Shown here one piece after another: positions 1 through 9,903 of a stretch of DNA of 64,000 nt. Positions within the stretch are counted from its first letter, which is position 1; each line of letters begins with the position of its first letter. Position numbers and translations under genes: made by a program. This stretch comes from an uncultured Desulfatitalea sp. Lineage in GTDB: Bacteria > Desulfobacterota > Desulfobacteria > Desulfobacterales > Desulfosarcinaceae. The stretch lies in NCBI GenBank assembly GCA_963668675.2, contig CAXXMB010000002.1, forward strand, positions 1,888,001-1,952,000, in the 5' to 3' direction. Under the pieces are notes generated by a model. That model did no database searches. It saw nothing but the letters and a program-made list of their open reading frames with translations, and was not told where the DNA came from.

Positions 1-286
1 TCCAATATAAACCGCTGGTTTCCGGCTCTCGCCGGAAAGACAACTTTGGTCTCTATCATTATCGGGTTAATATTTTTCTGCAAACCGGTGGCATTGCGCT
101 TATCGGTTCATCTTGCCTTTGCACTGCTTATCTAATTCTGAATATGCAGGAACACACTTAATGTCAATTAGATATGAACCTCACCCTAATTGCTTCATCG
201 CCACCGTTTCATGGCACCTCGTCGATGGTTGAAAAAATGGTATAATCGACACCATTCCTTCACTTTAAACTTTCCACTTTATACTC

Positions 287-442
287 AATGTCATTAACTT
301 AAAGCTTTTCAGCTACCGATCCGGGCGGGCATAAAGCCCGCCCCTACACGGTTCGTGTGTGGCAACAGAATCTATTTCTACTCATCCTTCGTAGGGGCGG
401 GCTTTATGCCCGCCCATTGCATCCGCTTCAGTTAATGACATT
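287..442. repeat. REPIN/MITE-like nested inverted repeat containing two GTAG-type REP copies
   Basis: Outer IR aatgtcattaact (287-299) / agttaatgacatt (430-442). Inner perfect IR gggcgggcataaagcccgcccctac (323-347) / gtaggggcgggctttatgcccgccc (391-415). Confidence 0.85.
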
Positions 443-532
443 AACTTTTCACTTAAAACGAATTGTCTACAGGTAGTTGCCTGCACGGATAGCCGCCAAG
501 AGCCTTTATTTGGCAGATCGTTCCTTTATCTT

Positions 533-1111
533 TTATTCATCTGTCGCAGAACCGCTGTACATCACAATGAGAAGCTCGATCTCTTCTCCTGAAAGGTTGT
601 TACCAAAGTGTGGGCAGCTCGAATCGAAATAGACGGCATCCCCCTCCTCCAGATTGTATGACGTTCCATCGACATTGAAAGTAAAACTTCCCTTCAGCAC
701 ATAGATCAGTTCCTGTCCTTTATGTTGCATGAGCTGGGACACATTACTGTTTTTAGGGCATTTAACGACATATGACTCAAACGCCCGGTTGGGGAAATTG
801 AGCGCCAAGTGCTCGTATTTGGCCAATGTGCGGCTGTCACTGGCTACGACCGGCCGGTTGTTCCTCGGTGTGACCGTCAGAGACACCTCTGGATTCTCTG
901 CTCCGAAAAAACTGTCGACCTCCACGTGCATGGCCTGCGCCAAGGCAAGTAATTTGCCTACAGGCGGAGCGGTGTCGGAGTTTTCTATTCGAGAGATATA
1001 GCCTTTAGTGACCCCAATGGCGTCCGCCAAATCCTTCTGGGTCATATTTCGTTCCAGGCGCATTTTCCTGATTCGTTTAGGAATTTGCTCCTCACTTATC
1101 CTCTTCATCAT
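533..1111 (-). CDS. XRE-family HTH transcriptional regulator with C-terminal cupin domain
   Basis: HTH_3 motif (MTQKDLADAIGVTKGYISRIEN) plus cupin motif (HKGQELIYVLKG...GDAVYFDSSCPH). Start trimmed to MMKRISEEQ, which follows an AGGAGAG RBS. Confidence 0.9.
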   Translation of the reverse strand: MMKRISEEQIPKRIRKMRLERNMTQKDLADAIGVTKGYISRIENSDTAPPVGKLLALAQAMHVEVDSFFGAENPEVSLTVTPRNNRPVVASDSRTLAKYEHLALNFPNRAFESYVVKCPKNSNVSQLMQHKGQELIYVLKGSFTFNVDGTSYNLEEGDAVYFDSSCPHFGNNLSGEEIELLIVMYSGSATDE

Positions 1112-1139
1112 GGCTCTCCTGGCTTTAAGTTTCTTAATT

Positions 1140-1333
1140 GTATACCCAGGTTTACATATGAAGTAAATAACTTTCGCTTGGCCTAAATCACCCTCCCTGT
1201 TCGGCCTTGTCGTACAAAACACCATCTCCCTCTATAAATTACGGCAACATACTGATTATTTTGTGTTTTGAAATTCAGAGCATAGCCGAATAAGCGCTTG
1301 ACTAAAATTTACCATAAGTATACCCTGGTTTAC
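1140..1333. promoter_or_regulatory. Two copies of a putative operator GTATACCC(A/T)GGTTTAC in the divergent promoter region
   Basis: gtatacccaggtttac at 1140-1155 and gtataccctggtttac at 1318-1333. The second lies just downstream of a TTGACT -35-like hexamer (1298-1303). Confidence 0.6.
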
Positions 1334-1483
1334 TATTGCAATCAAAATCAACTTGAATATCGCTGATTTTATCAACATAACATCGTCGGAACAAGGCGCC
1401 GGAATGTCACCCCAATGGCAAACCGGCGGACACCATAGCCCGATGTACCAGCCAGGGCAGACCGAAAAGAACAGGAGCCATGC

Positions 1484-2710
1484 ATGAAATTCAAACTTCC
1501 ACAAAGGCCTTGGCACGGCGGAGGGTGGCTGGATATCGAGCTGCCTGCCGATTGGGATGTTCAATATTGCCCCATGGCAGGATATGACAATCCGCCGCTC
1601 ACCATTGAACAGATGGCGGCCTGCATCGACCGTCCCATAGGAACCCCGTCCTTAGGAGACTTGGCCAGGGGAAAAAAACGGGCTGTCATCATTTTCGACG
1701 ACATGACCCGCCCCACCAGGACCTACGAAGTGGCACCGCTGGTCTTGAACACGCTTCACAAAGCCGGGTTGAGCGAGGATCAGATCACCTTTGTTTGCGC
1801 TCTGGGAACGCACGGGGCGCTGACTATGGCCGATTTCCGCAAGAAGCTGGGGTCTGAGATTATCGAAAAGTACAGGGTTTTCAACCATAATATCTATGAA
1901 AATTGCATGGAAGTCGGAACGACGAGCCGCGGGACCAAGGTCATGTTCAACCGCGAAGTGATGGAAGCGGACCTGAAAATCGGCATCGGGTGTGTCACGG
2001 CCCACGTCCAGGCCGGTTTCTCAGGGGGAGGCAAGCTGTTTCTGCCTGGGGTGGCCCATATCGACACCATCTCTCACTACCATCTGGACGTTGAAAAAAT
2101 GGGCTTAGAGACCACCGGCATGGGACGCCACAAGAACAACATCCTGCGCCTCGAGATCAACGAGGCCGCTGCCATGGCCGACGTAGACTTTTTGCTCAAT
2201 GTCGTTGTGAACGGGCAAGGTCGTACCACCGGCCTTTATGCCGGCGAACTCTTTCAGGTCCATGATGCAGCCGTAGATGCCGCCAAGCAGATCTATTGCA
2301 CCGAACCGGTCCCGGGCGGCAAGGAACTGGTCGTGGCCAATGCCTTTTCCAAGCCGAATGAAATGGGCATTGCCATACGGATGGGCGCCATGGCCCTGAA
2401 AGATACGCGCGGCACGGTTGTGGTGATCGCCGACTCACTCGAAGGGCAGGTTCCTCACTACCTGCTTGGACGCTTCGGTCGGGATTACGGCGGCAGACAA
2501 TATCCGGTGGCGGCCCTGCCGCCGGATATCCGTTTGATCGTCATGACCCCATATCCCGATCGCACCTTCCTGGATTGGTATTCCAACCCGGACAACGCTT
2601 TGATGGCACGCAATTGGGAAGAGGTCATGGCTCTGGTGCGCCCCCACCACGGCAAGGGGACCAAGGCGGCCGTCCTGCCAAATGCTACCATGCAATATTA
2701 CGCCCAGTAG
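1484..2710 (+). CDS. larA: LarA-family nickel-pincer 2-hydroxyacid racemase/epimerase (DUF2088)
   Basis: Motifs PIGTPSL, DDMTRPT, ALGTHG, H..AGFSGGGKLFLPGVA typical of the LarA family. Confidence 0.85.
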   Translation: MKFKLPQRPWHGGGWLDIELPADWDVQYCPMAGYDNPPLTIEQMAACIDRPIGTPSLGDLARGKKRAVIIFDDMTRPTRTYEVAPLVLNTLHKAGLSEDQITFVCALGTHGALTMADFRKKLGSEIIEKYRVFNHNIYENCMEVGTTSRGTKVMFNREVMEADLKIGIGCVTAHVQAGFSGGGKLFLPGVAHIDTISHYHLDVEKMGLETTGMGRHKNNILRLEINEAAAMADVDFLLNVVVNGQGRTTGLYAGELFQVHDAAVDAAKQIYCTEPVPGGKELVVANAFSKPNEMGIAIRMGAMALKDTRGTVVVIADSLEGQVPHYLLGRFGRDYGGRQYPVAALPPDIRLIVMTPYPDRTFLDWYSNPDNALMARNWEEVMALVRPHHGKGTKAAVLPNATMQYYAQ

Positions 2711-2795
2711 GCATGGCCGACAAAGTGGCAACACCTACTGGCTCAGGATGAAACCAACTCCGGATTTTCCGGGCCTTCAAGCGGGAGGTTCTAGC

Positions 2796-3926
2796 GTGAA
2801 GCAGCTATATGGATCGAGCGAACTGATTGAAGATGTTTTCGAACATGACCTGTGTGTGGGTTGCGGCATGTGTGTGGATCTGTGCCCCTATTTTAAAAAT
2901 TATTTGGGCAAAACATCACAGGTGTTCGCCTGCGATTTGGAAAGAGGCCGCTGTTATGCCTACTGCCCCAAAACAGAAGTCGATCTCGGTCAATTGGCCG
3001 CGGCTTACTGGGATCGACCATATGAAGGGCTTCCACTCGGGCCGTATCGCAAGATCGCCATCGCCCGTGCCGGAGAAAAGGCCCCCAGGGGACGCTTTCA
3101 AGGCGGAGGAACCGTCACCGCACTCATCACCCATGCGCTCACCACAAAGCACATCGATGCTGCTGTGCTGACCGGCAGGGATGGCGCCGTGGGCGTACCG
3201 ATGGTCGTGACCGACCCTGACGAGGTATCCAAAGCCGCCGGTTCCAAATTCACCGCCTCGCCGACCCTGGCCGCCTTGAACGGCGCGATTCGTGATGGAT
3301 ACACCAACATCGGTGTGGTGGGCACGCCGTGTCAAATCACGGCCGTAGCCCAGATGCGTCAAAACCCGCTTGAACTCGAGGATTTTAACGATCCGGTCGG
3401 ATTGACCGTCGGGCTGTTCTGCACCTGGGCGCTGGATACCCGAAAATTGCTGCCGGTGGTGGACGCGTGTGTTGGCGACGCCTGCGTGTTGGCCATGGAT
3501 GTCCCTCCGCCGCCCGCTGAAATCATGGTGGTCGACACCGATGAAAAACAGGCCCAGATACCGCTCTCTAAAATCCGTCCATTGGTTCCGCATGGGTGTC
3601 AGCTCTGCCCGGACATGACAAGTGAATGGGCCGACGTATCGGTCGGACAGGTGGAGGGCATGCCTGGATGGAACACCCTCATCATCCGCACAGAGAGAGG
3701 TGAACGGGCCGTCCACCAGGCCATTGAATCAGGTTACCTCGATGTCCGGGACCTTCCCAAAGAAAACCTTCAGGCACTGGAGAAGGCGGGCGCCGGAAAG
3801 AAGTCCCGCGCGCTGGAGGCGCTGACCCAAGAGGGGGGATTGAACGCCGAAGGAGCAACGGGCCGACTGACCCTGCGAATGCCCCCGGAGGCCATCGCGA
3901 ACATCACCGCAGCAATGCGCGCGTAA
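2796..3926 (+). CDS. Coenzyme F420 hydrogenase/dehydrogenase beta-subunit (FrhB/FdhB) family Fe-S flavoprotein
   Basis: CVGCGMCVDLCP ferredoxin motif, QGGGTVTALI, VVGTPCQI, GLFC, C..CPD....ADVSVG. GTG start follows a GGGAGG RBS. Confidence 0.85.
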   Translation: MKQLYGSSELIEDVFEHDLCVGCGMCVDLCPYFKNYLGKTSQVFACDLERGRCYAYCPKTEVDLGQLAAAYWDRPYEGLPLGPYRKIAIARAGEKAPRGRFQGGGTVTALITHALTTKHIDAAVLTGRDGAVGVPMVVTDPDEVSKAAGSKFTASPTLAALNGAIRDGYTNIGVVGTPCQITAVAQMRQNPLELEDFNDPVGLTVGLFCTWALDTRKLLPVVDACVGDACVLAMDVPPPPAEIMVVDTDEKQAQIPLSKIRPLVPHGCQLCPDMTSEWADVSVGQVEGMPGWNTLIIRTERGERAVHQAIESGYLDVRDLPKENLQALEKAGAGKKSRALEALTQEGGLNAEGATGRLTLRMPPEAIANITAAMRA

Positions 3927-3982
3927 CCACACACTATTGGGACAAAGCAGCAATACACCCTCGGAATATCATTGGAGGAAAC

Positions 3983-5917
3983 ATGTCGATCATTGGGAGA
4001 GCACAAGAGGGGGAACGGCATCTGCTGATGGGCAACGATGCCATTGCCCGCGGCATTATCGAGGCCGGCGCCTCGGTCGCAGCAGGTTACCCGGGCACAC
4101 CGTCATCGGAAATTATAGAGAACCTGGCCAAAGCGGCCAAGGAGAGGGACATCTATGTGGAGTGGTCGGTCAACGAAAAGGTGGCCATGGAAGTGGCCGC
4201 GGCGGCATCGTTTGCCGGGCTCCGCACCGTTGCCGTCATGAAGCAGGTGGGTGTGAACGTGGCCTCCGATTTCATGCTGCACCTGTCGGAAACCGGCACC
4301 CGGGGCGGGATGATTCTGATCTCCTGCGAGGACCCGGGCGCCCTCTCTTCGGGCAATGAGGGCGAAAGCCGCCCGTTTGCCAAACTGTTCGAAGTCCCGC
4401 TGCTCGAACCCGGCGATTTCCAGGAAGCCAAGGATATGACCCGCTGGGCTTTCGAACTGTCGGAGGAGATCAGGAACCTGGTCATGATCCGTTCGGTCAC
4501 CCGCCTCTCCCATGCCAGCGGAAATGTGACCCTTGGCCCGCTGCCGGACGTTGTACCCGATGCCCGGTTCAAATTCAGAGGGGATGAAATGGACCCGGAC
4601 GAGGGGCCGGTGGTGACCTTTCCGGTGGCATACAAACACACGTTGATGCAGACGAAGCTGGCTCAGGCGGTGGCGCTTTTCGAGGATTGCCCGTTCAACC
4701 GCTATGAGGGCCCCGAACAGCCGGAGGTGCTGATCGTCACCAGCAGTGCCTGCTACCTTTACACCAAAGAGGCCGTCGACCTGCTCGCTGTTCAAGACCG
4801 GGTGGGCGTGCTCAAGATGGGCACCACCTGGCCGCTTCCTCCCACTTATATGGAGAAGCACTTGGCCAAATCCAAGATCATTTTCACCGTCGAAGAAGTA
4901 CTTCCATTCATGGAAGACAACGTGAAAATCCTTGCCGCCGGTATGGCGGAGCGCATCGGCATCAAACGGTTCCATGGCCGCAGTGACGGCACGCTGCCGT
5001 CGGTAAACGAGTTGAATCCGGACCTGGTGGCCGCCGGCCTGGCCCGCATCCTGGAGATGGAATTCCCGGCTGTCGATCCAGAATACACCAGGATTTATGA
5101 GGAGAGTGCCGTTTCAGGCGCCCCCCGGCGTGATCTGGCCTTTTGTGCAGGTTGCCCCCACCGGGCCAGTTTCTGGTCTATACACAACGCACTGGAAGTC
5201 GACGGACGGGAAGGCTTTGTGTGCGGCGATATCGGCTGTTACGCGTTGGGGTCTCGGCCAACCGGCTTTTCCGTGTCGAAAACCGGGCACGCCATGGGAT
5301 CGGGAACCGGTGTGGCCAGCGGATTCGGCAAGCTTGGGCGGTTCGGCATGAAGCAACCGGTGGTTTCCGTCTGCGGCGATTCAACCTTTTTCCATGCCGC
5401 CATGCCGGCCCTGGTCAATGCCGTTCATACCCAGTCGGAAATGACCATGGTGGTAATGGACAACTCGGGGACGGCCATGACAGGTTTTCAGCCGCACCCG
5501 GGCCTGACGGCCGATGCGGCCGGCGACGAAGTGCCGGCCCTGAACATCGCCGATATCGCCCGCGCCATGGGGGCCAATGTCGACGTGGCCGACCCTTTCG
5601 ATCTCGACGCCACCCAGCGCAAACTGTTGGCCTTGCTATCCAAAGGCGGTGTCAATGTGCTGATTCTCAAACAGGCCTGCGCCCTCTCCCCGGAGAAAAA
5701 GGGGAAAAAATTGTACGACGTGACCCTCGATCCGGCCATCTGCCTCGGTGAGAACTGCGGGTGCAACAAGTTGTGCACCCGTGTCTTCAAGTGCCCGGGG
5801 CTTAAATGGGATTCGGAGACAAAAACCGCCCATATAGACGAGTTGACCTGCTCGGGCTGCGGCGTGTGTGCATCGATCTGCCCGTCCGGGGCCATTACCA
5901 AAAAGGAGGCGGTGTAA
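3983..5917 (+). CDS. iorA: Indolepyruvate:ferredoxin oxidoreductase alpha subunit
   Basis: LLMGNDAIARG, GYPGTPSSEI, EWSVNEKVA, FCAGCPHR, GDIGCY, TPP motif GDSTFFH...DN, C-terminal ferredoxin. Confidence 0.93.
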   Translation: MSIIGRAQEGERHLLMGNDAIARGIIEAGASVAAGYPGTPSSEIIENLAKAAKERDIYVEWSVNEKVAMEVAAAASFAGLRTVAVMKQVGVNVASDFMLHLSETGTRGGMILISCEDPGALSSGNEGESRPFAKLFEVPLLEPGDFQEAKDMTRWAFELSEEIRNLVMIRSVTRLSHASGNVTLGPLPDVVPDARFKFRGDEMDPDEGPVVTFPVAYKHTLMQTKLAQAVALFEDCPFNRYEGPEQPEVLIVTSSACYLYTKEAVDLLAVQDRVGVLKMGTTWPLPPTYMEKHLAKSKIIFTVEEVLPFMEDNVKILAAGMAERIGIKRFHGRSDGTLPSVNELNPDLVAAGLARILEMEFPAVDPEYTRIYEESAVSGAPRRDLAFCAGCPHRASFWSIHNALEVDGREGFVCGDIGCYALGSRPTGFSVSKTGHAMGSGTGVASGFGKLGRFGMKQPVVSVCGDSTFFHAAMPALVNAVHTQSEMTMVVMDNSGTAMTGFQPHPGLTADAAGDEVPALNIADIARAMGANVDVADPFDLDATQRKLLALLSKGGVNVLILKQACALSPEKKGKKLYDVTLDPAICLGENCGCNKLCTRVFKCPGLKWDSETKTAHIDELTCSGCGVCASICPSGAITKKEAV

Positions 5918-5918
5918 C

Positions 5919-6548
5919 ATGGCGAACACATCACTTGCGGCAGACCCGTATAACTTGATCATCACTGGTGTGGGCGGCCAGGGCAATGTGCTGGCCTCGC
6001 GAATCGTGGGCAATGCACTATCCGACAAAGGCTTCCATATCACCATCGGCGAAACCTTCGGTGCCTCCCAGCGGGGCGGATCGGTCATGAGTCATCTGCG
6101 GATCAGCACGAAGTCGGTCCTCTCCCCCCAGATCCCTAAAGGGAAAGCGCATATGGTGGTGGCGCTCGAACCCACAGAGGCGCTGCGTGTGCTTCACCAA
6201 TATGGCAACCGTAATACCAAAATGATTATGAACACCCGCCCGATCTATTCTGTGGCAGTGATCTGCGGCGAATTTCAATACCCCGCCATGGAAGATGTCA
6301 AAAGATGGGGAGACCAACTGACCAGTGCGTCCTGGTTGATCGATGCCACTGATGAAGCGGTGAAGATGGGCAACGCCATCCTGGGCAACGTCATCCTGAT
6401 CGGAGCGCTGGCCGCTGTCGGCGATTTCCCGCTGGATAAGGACGGTTTCCAAGAGGTCATTACCCGCACCATGCCAGCGAATAAAGTCGATATCAACTTG
6501 ACCGCGTTCGAAAAAGGCATGGCGATGGTTCAGCAACACACCGCCTGA
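5919..6548 (+). CDS. iorB: Indolepyruvate:ferredoxin oxidoreductase beta subunit
   Basis: ITGVGGQGNVLAS, ETFGASQRGGSVMSHLR. Immediately downstream of iorA. Confidence 0.92.
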   Translation: MANTSLAADPYNLIITGVGGQGNVLASRIVGNALSDKGFHITIGETFGASQRGGSVMSHLRISTKSVLSPQIPKGKAHMVVALEPTEALRVLHQYGNRNTKMIMNTRPIYSVAVICGEFQYPAMEDVKRWGDQLTSASWLIDATDEAVKMGNAILGNVILIGALAAVGDFPLDKDGFQEVITRTMPANKVDINLTAFEKGMAMVQQHTA

Positions 6549-6568
6549 AAAGGGCTTTAGGAAACGCC

Positions 6569-7309
6569 ATGAAGAGAGTATCCGTTCATATCCCCTGTAT
6601 GGTCGACACCCTGATGCCGAATACCGGCCGCTCCGTGATCCGGTTGTTGGAGCGACTCGATATCCCTTATATCTACCATACGAATCAGACCTGTTGTGGT
6701 CTGCCGGCCTATAACGCCGGCATCGTGCCGGAGACAAAAAAGGTGGCCAAACATTTCATCAACGTCTTTGGTCGGGACGAAGTGGTGGTCTCGACCTCCG
6801 GCTCTTGTGTCAATATGATCAGGAAACACTATCCGGAAATTCTCGCGGACGAACCGGATTGGCAGCGGCGGGCAGCCGACCTTTCCAGCCGCGTATTCGA
6901 GCTGACGCAATACCTGGTCGACGTGCTCGGAATCGAGGATGTGGGCGGAGAATTCAAGGGGAAAGTCGCCTATCATGAATCCTGCGCGTTGCTCAGAGGC
7001 CTCGGGGTGTCCGAGCAACCCAAGAAACTGATTCGGGCGCTGAAAGGGGCGGAACTGGTCGAGATGCAACACGCGGACACTTGTTGCGGTTTCGGCGGCG
7101 AGTTCGCCCACGCCTATCACGAAATTTCGGAAGAGATGGTGGCCGAAAAAGCAAACGCCTTTTTGGCTTCCGGCGCGGATGTGCTAACCATGGGTGAGCC
7201 GGGATGCTACCTCAATGTGAGCGGCTATATCTCCAGGCACCACCCGGACAAGAGGGTGGTGCACATCGCCGACTTGCTTGCAGGTCTCTCCGACTCACAA
7301 GGATTCTGA
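6569..7309 (+). CDS. lutA: LutA/LldE-family CCG-domain Fe-S protein (2-hydroxyacid dehydrogenase subunit)
   Basis: QTCCGLPAYNAG, SGSCVNMIR, YHESC, CCGFGG. Confidence 0.88.
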   Translation: MKRVSVHIPCMVDTLMPNTGRSVIRLLERLDIPYIYHTNQTCCGLPAYNAGIVPETKKVAKHFINVFGRDEVVVSTSGSCVNMIRKHYPEILADEPDWQRRAADLSSRVFELTQYLVDVLGIEDVGGEFKGKVAYHESCALLRGLGVSEQPKKLIRALKGAELVEMQHADTCCGFGGEFAHAYHEISEEMVAEKANAFLASGADVLTMGEPGCYLNVSGYISRHHPDKRVVHIADLLAGLSDSQGF

Positions 7310-7310
7310 T

Positions 7311-8735
7311 ATGAAGCCGCAAACGCACAGGTACAAGGAAATCGCCCGGGAACAGATGACGGACCGCCGTGCCCGAGGGTTTCTGGATCTGCTCAAGGCA
7401 CTCGCCGGGAAGCGCAAGGCCGCCTATGATGATTTTCCCGACCCGGATGCGGCGCGAGAGTACAGCAGGGCCATACGCGCAGCGGCCGTAGCGCACCTGC
7501 CGCAGCTGTTGGAGCAATTTGAAAAGAGTGCCACACGAGCAGGGGCCAAGGTCTACTGGGCCGCTGATGCAGAGGATGCCAACGCCTACATCGTCCGGCT
7601 GGCAAAAGAGCGCAACATCTCCTACGTCATCAAAGGCAAATCGATGGTGACCGAGGAGAGCGGCCTTAACGAAGCATTGGCCGCCGAGGGGGTTCAACCC
7701 TACGAAAGCGATCTCGGAGAGTTTATTATCCAACTGCTCGAGCGCCCCCCGTTCCACATTGTGGGACCCGCCATCAATATCGATCCCCAGGAAATCAGTG
7801 ACATCTTTATCGAAAAGGGTGTCATGAGCGATGCCACAACCGATCCGGTGGAGCTCGGCTACGCCGCCCGGTGCTACCTGCGTGAAAAATTCCATCACCT
7901 GGAAATGGGCATCACCGGCATCAATATGGCCGTCGCCGAAACCGGGACGATCATCAACGTGGAAAACGAGGGCAACATCCGCTTCTGTAAGTCTTCGCCG
8001 GACATCCAGGTTTCGATCATGTCCCTGGAAAAAGTGGTGCCGACCATGAAGGAGGCGCTGTTCATGCTGCGCACCCTGTGCCGAAGCGCCACCGGCCAAA
8101 AGCTGGGCGCCTATGTCTCTATGGACACCGGACCAAAGAAGCAAGAAGAGATAGACGGTCCGAGCGAACTCCACATCGTCATTCTGGATAACGGCCGCTC
8201 GACGATCTACGAAGACGCCACGTATCGTGAAGTACTGCAGTGCATTCGCTGCGGCGCCTGTCTCGGCAACTGCCCCATCTATGGAAAGATCGGCGGTTAT
8301 TCCTATGGATGGGCCTACTCCGGCCCCATGGGGCAGGCACTCACGCCGCTTCTTCTTGGCCTGGATCGTACGAAAGACCTCTACTACAGCTGCACGCTGT
8401 GCCGGACCTGTCGCGATGTCTGCCCGGCGGGGCTGCATCACCCCCGGCTGCTGAGGCGCCATCGGCAGAAGCAGCGGGAGAAGGATACCGTATTTCATGG
8501 CTCAGGACTGAACGTGCGTGAGGAGATCGGCTTACGGGGGTTTGCGCTGGCTGCCGCAACCCCGACGCTCTGGCGTTCGGCGATCCGGGCGGCACGCCTG
8601 GCGATAAACCGAAAGTCTAATGGCGGCATCGTAAGGGAAGTATTGGGCAAGTCCGAGGGTTGGCTGGCCTCCCGTGATCTGCCCTGCATCGGCAGCCCAA
8701 CCTTCAACGAATGGTTCCGAAAGAACAGGTCATGA
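7311..8735 (+). CDS. lutB: LutB/LldF-family iron-sulfur protein
   Basis: KGKSMVTEE, ESDLGEFIIQL, HIVGPA, ENEGN, CIRCGACLGNCP, YSGPMG, CTLCRTCRDVCP. Confidence 0.92.
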   Translation: MKPQTHRYKEIAREQMTDRRARGFLDLLKALAGKRKAAYDDFPDPDAAREYSRAIRAAAVAHLPQLLEQFEKSATRAGAKVYWAADAEDANAYIVRLAKERNISYVIKGKSMVTEESGLNEALAAEGVQPYESDLGEFIIQLLERPPFHIVGPAINIDPQEISDIFIEKGVMSDATTDPVELGYAARCYLREKFHHLEMGITGINMAVAETGTIINVENEGNIRFCKSSPDIQVSIMSLEKVVPTMKEALFMLRTLCRSATGQKLGAYVSMDTGPKKQEEIDGPSELHIVILDNGRSTIYEDATYREVLQCIRCGACLGNCPIYGKIGGYSYGWAYSGPMGQALTPLLLGLDRTKDLYYSCTLCRTCRDVCPAGLHHPRLLRRHRQKQREKDTVFHGSGLNVREEIGLRGFALAAATPTLWRSAIRAARLAINRKSNGGIVREVLGKSEGWLASRDLPCIGSPTFNEWFRKNRS

Positions 8736-9403
8736 GCAACCCAACACGCGATCGCATTTTGAGAAGGCTTTACAAGGCGCAAAGCAGCGCGCCGCCATTC
8801 AACGAGCCCGAACGCCCCCCGCTGCCCGCAGAGCAGATGGCCGGCGAGTTTCTCGTCGACAGCTTCAAGGCATTGATCGAGGCGCAAGGCGGTTGCTTCG
8901 AACGTGCATCGGGCAACGATGGGGTATTGAAGGTATTGGCCGACGTTTTCAATCGCAAGGGAATTTCGCGGGCGATGGCGTCCACGGATCGCGTCATTTC
9001 AGAATTGGATCTGCCGAAGTGGGCCAAGCAAAAGGGCTTTACCATAACCACGCAGAAAAATTATGAGGACCGCTCCGCCTTCAAGCGTGCCGTGTTTACC
9101 GAGGTGGACGCCGGCATCACCGGCGCTGCCTTCGGTTTCGCCGAATCGGGGACCCTCTGCCTGACGGCAAGCGGGGATATGCCGCGGCTTACATCACTGG
9201 CCCCCATTATTCACATTGCCGTTTTGCCTTCAAACCGGCTGATCTCCTCTTATGAACGGATGGCAGAAACCGTCTTTGGGGAAACGCCGCCGTCGCAACT
9301 GATATTGATCACAGGGCCGAGCATGACCGGGGACATTCAAGCCACGCCATTTAAAGGGATGCACGGGCCGAAGGAACTCATTGTCATCCTGAGAGACGAC
9401 TGA
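8732..9403 (+). CDS. lutC: LutC/LldG-family LUD-domain protein
   Basis: AESGTL, RLTSLAPIIHIA, ITGPSMTGDI...GMHGP. ATGA overlap with lutB. Confidence 0.88.
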   Translation: MSNPTRDRILRRLYKAQSSAPPFNEPERPPLPAEQMAGEFLVDSFKALIEAQGGCFERASGNDGVLKVLADVFNRKGISRAMASTDRVISELDLPKWAKQKGFTITTQKNYEDRSAFKRAVFTEVDAGITGAAFGFAESGTLCLTASGDMPRLTSLAPIIHIAVLPSNRLISSYERMAETVFGETPPSQLILITGPSMTGDIQATPFKGMHGPKELIVILRDD

Positions 9404-9570
9404 ACACAGTTTTGCTTGTTGAGCAAACCGCAAAGGAAATCAATCGCTTGGCCATTTTTGTCATCTGTGGTTACAATTTTCAGCACATCCGCCTCTACCA
9501 CCCCTTAGGATCTCTGGAGCATGAACTCCGACAGTTGAGCTGTTGAATCGGCAATTAAGTACTCAAAGGC

Positions 9571-9635
9571 GTCATGCCGGACTTGATCCGCCATCCAGCT
9601 TCAAGCGCCTGAAGTCCGGCTTTCGCCGGAATGAC
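9571..9635. repeat. Short palindromic interspersed repeat (GTCATGCCGG...CCGGAATGAC type)
   Basis: gtcatgccggacttgatccgccatcc...gtccggctttcgccggaatgac. A partial copy (tccggctctcgccggaaagac) lies at 21-41. Confidence 0.65.
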
Positions 9636-9903
9636 CACAGCTGAGGTATTTTGTTTCCGGATCAATTACAGATTACAACATGCTGAATTGAAGTGGTCAT
9701 TGACACATATGCACCTTTTTGACATGTTTGCCCGGATAAAAAATAAATCACGCTATTTCACTAAGCGATAGAGGCGGCACATTCATCCGATTGAATTATG
9801 TGTGACACCAAAGCGGTCTTTCAACATCCCTCTCCGGTCTTGAAACGAACGCTTGATCGGTAAACGAAAATCATTGTGCATCGACAAACAGGAGGAAGCC
9901 GGC

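Noticed and set aside
2796..3926. Evidence for F420-dependent hydrogenase or methanogen origin
   Set aside because: Lone beta-subunit homolog with no hydrogenase subunits; the surrounding genes and signals are bacterial.
7212..8498. Long antisense ORFs (also 11061-12374, 18640-19578, 4103-4975, 14888-15766)
   Set aside because: Shadows of well-supported genes on the opposite strand in GC-rich DNA; no motifs.
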